From contig JAUCBJ010005561.1 in assembly GCA_032718475.1 (NCBI GenBank), positions 1 through 35,598 on the forward strand: DNA of 35,598 nucleotides, read 5' to 3'. Shown here one piece after another: positions 32,863 through 35,598 of this stretch. The stretch's first letter is position 1. Every line of letters begins with the position of its first letter. The notes under the pieces were generated by a model. That model ran no database searches and was not told the DNA's origin. It saw nothing but the letters and a program-made list of their open reading frames with translations. Source of the stretch: Nemertoderma westbladi (lineage: Eukaryota > Animalia > Xenacoelomorpha). The position numbers were made by a program, and so were the translations under genes.

Positions 32863-35598
32863 ATTATTATTACTTATTTAGCATAACTTCTATTAGAAAA
32901 ATTATTAATATTCATAATAAAATATACATGAGTTTATAAAACATACAAATATACATACAAGAGTCTACAAGAGACTAATCCCCATAAAGTCCACCCAGGG
33001 ATGGGCCGGCAGGCGCCAGGACAGCAGCCGCATTGCCCACCAGACACAATGATGCCACGCCACAATGATGCGCTGTAGTAGAAACCAGTGGGAGCACGGC
33101 TCATGCATCATGGTGTGGAGGTGGGACCCGATCTCCTGGATGGATCTCGAACGAAACAGGGTAGAATATATGCCCCCGCTCGATCACCACCGCATATTTC
33201 ATGTTCTTCCCCTGCTTGGCTCCCTCTGCACCACGACCCCATTTGAGTCAGTTTGGTCAATTTGTCAATTCAATCAATGAGTTGGCAATTTGGGTCAGTT
33301 GGCGGTGACTAGGGGCGAGGGGGTCAACCACTGTAACATCGCAGGTTAGCGTTCGACCCTGTGACCAAGGCACGAGTGTCACCCCAGAGTCTTCGGCAGT
33401 GTCTTGATGGTTCTAGAATGGAGGGAACCCCACAGCTGAGCAATACACGCCTCATAATATCATTGACCATGGTGTGGTAAGAAGTGTGGTGTAGCTTGTA
33501 AACCTTTTATAGTTTAATAAGAAATCACTGTGAATAACTAAATTATATAATTCAGAACCAGCCGTTTGCCTAAACTTAAACCTAACAAATAACAAATAAA
33601 TACATAAATAATAACTGTGAAGTGAGATAAAGTAACGTTTTATTTGGCCATTATTTATGCCATGAATTATGCAGAACGTCTACCCCAGAACTGGTACTAA
33701 ATTAACAACCATTCAAGGATGCAAGACAGATATAAGACCTGGATAGTGTATAGTCCCTTTACCACATTCTTGTCGAAGTGAAAACTAACCTAGCCTGCAT
33801 CATGTGGAGAGACATTAATTCAAGGCATATCGGATTTGACAAATACACCAATTGGGATAAATTATTTGTACCTCCAGTCTATCTAATCTTAGTCTATCTA
33901 GTCTACCTAATCGATCTTGTCTATCTTAAAATATCTAGTAGTGCAGAGTTCAGTCAATCAATAGTTATTGAAGTAATACAATAAGTAAATTAGGTAAAAC
34001 CTCCGATTAATTATTTACATTGTTGCTATGGGAAATTCAATTTGCTAATGACAAATGTGAATTTATCAGATTTTACCTGTCTTGATTTGATTCTGATCTG
34101 AAGGCGTTGCAGCTCAGTTGATTGAGAGCAGAGCTGACAATTTATTCGATGTAGGTTTTCAGCCCTCCAGGGGTCAATAAAATGAGTACTATTTGAATTA
34201 CTATGAGCAAAAATTGGCAAAGGAGTAGCACCCAACACTAACTATCCAAAGTTATATAGTCAGTCAGGAGACCATATCCAACAGCTCCTCATATTTCTGT
34301 CTGAACTGTTTGAACTGTCTGAACTTAGAAAGCTGTAGCCTAGGGTAAAGCTACACATTGGTCGTATTTAGCATCAGCTGTTCGTAGGTGTAAGCGGATT
34401 CAATTCCATTGCACTATTCACCTTAGAATGGGACCAGTGGCATTTTCCGATATAGTTGGGGAGATGAGATTACCAATATTAATCTCGCCTCATAACCAAG
34501 TTTGGGGGTGGACACAAGCCCTAAAGCCACAGAGAGAGGTGAGAGGTCAAACCACCTCGGAGGGAGAACAGCTAGTAGAGGCTAGCAGCGGGGGAAACAC
34601 TCAGAGGGAGTGCCAAAGTGACAATTAATGTATTAGCCAATAGCAGGGCGGGAAGCACGTGATTAGTGATAGGAAAGCATCCACTGGGTACAGAGGGCCA
34701 AGTACAGTAAGAGGTGAAACCAATATCTGTGTATATCAATCATATAATATTCTGTATTACTGATTTACTGGTCAGTTCATTAGTTACACAGTTGCAGACT
34801 GGTCATAGTTTATGACTGTCACCGCCACTAACATCACCAATTAATCTGTGCAATTCTGCTGTTATATCTGTGTTATCGTGATACCCATTACATACTGATT
34901 GTGCTATTATCGTTCGGAGTATTAATATTGAGAAACAGAAACTCTATCATTTTCCCTGATGGCCTTTGGCCAAAGCGACTTAGTACAACTGCCCAGTAGA
35001 ACAGTGACGCGAACAAATCTAACCTGGTCGGTATCTTAGGATCCCATCACAGTCATAAACTGGCAGCCTACCAACTAAACTGTGACTGCAGAGAAAGGAG
35101 AAAGCAAAGATGGTGGAAGAAGGAACGCCCCGATTATCAGAAGGAGAGAGAACACCGCCGCAGACCCCGGATGACACCAACCAAACGATCCGTGAGGCTG
35201 AGACGCGACGGTATTGGCCTGCCACGCCGGATTTGCCACCGAGGGATGATCCTGCTACCCAATTTATGTGCCGTTATTCCCGACACCAGGGGGGAAAGCA
35301 CCGATGCTGTTGGCGGAATTTTCAGACCACTTGATTCCGGCCAGTCACCGGATATTGGGAGTGGAGAAGGAGTTTATCTGAGATGCAAGATTGCGGGTAG
35401 AGAAAAAGCTTCATTGGTTGGATATAATCTTTAATGTGACTTGAACTCTGATTGAACCTTGATTGAGAATAATTTGGGCTTCCCCACACCAATATACCAA
35501 ATATTCACAATAATACATGAATATATAAATTCCTACAGTAAATTATTTAATTACCCACTGTTCGCTTTAGATTTTGACCTAACTAATGTTCCCCATTT

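Noticed and set aside
34950-34980. Hammerhead-like CTGAT-GGCC-TTT-GGCC-AAAG
   Set aside because: Lacks the required CTGANGA and GAAA core nucleotides.

Overview
AT-rich eukaryotic (probably invertebrate animal) window dominated by nested transposable elements; no prokaryotic, CRISPR, rRNA or tRNA genes are evident. Two intact, intronless protein-coding genes stand out. One is a RhoA-like GTPase (11667-12230, minus) with a rebuilt switch I/effector loop. The other is a 571-aa LRR protein with a BC-box-like N-terminus (31147-32862, plus). A third ORF (4803-5456) is built from a 66-bp tandem repeat. Mobile elements include a decayed Mag-type Ty3/gypsy LTR retrotransposon (13341-17333), three copies of one RTE-like LINE family (one with a ~54-bp target-site duplication), a Mutator-like element with 9-bp TSD, a piggyBac-like element with nested LINEs, a Tc1-like foldback MITE, a tRNA-derived SINE and a family of Helentron/HINE-like elements. 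There is also an unclassified ~4.8-kb element bounded by inverted arrays of an 11-mer. All family assignments come from reading motifs by eye; no database searches were run.
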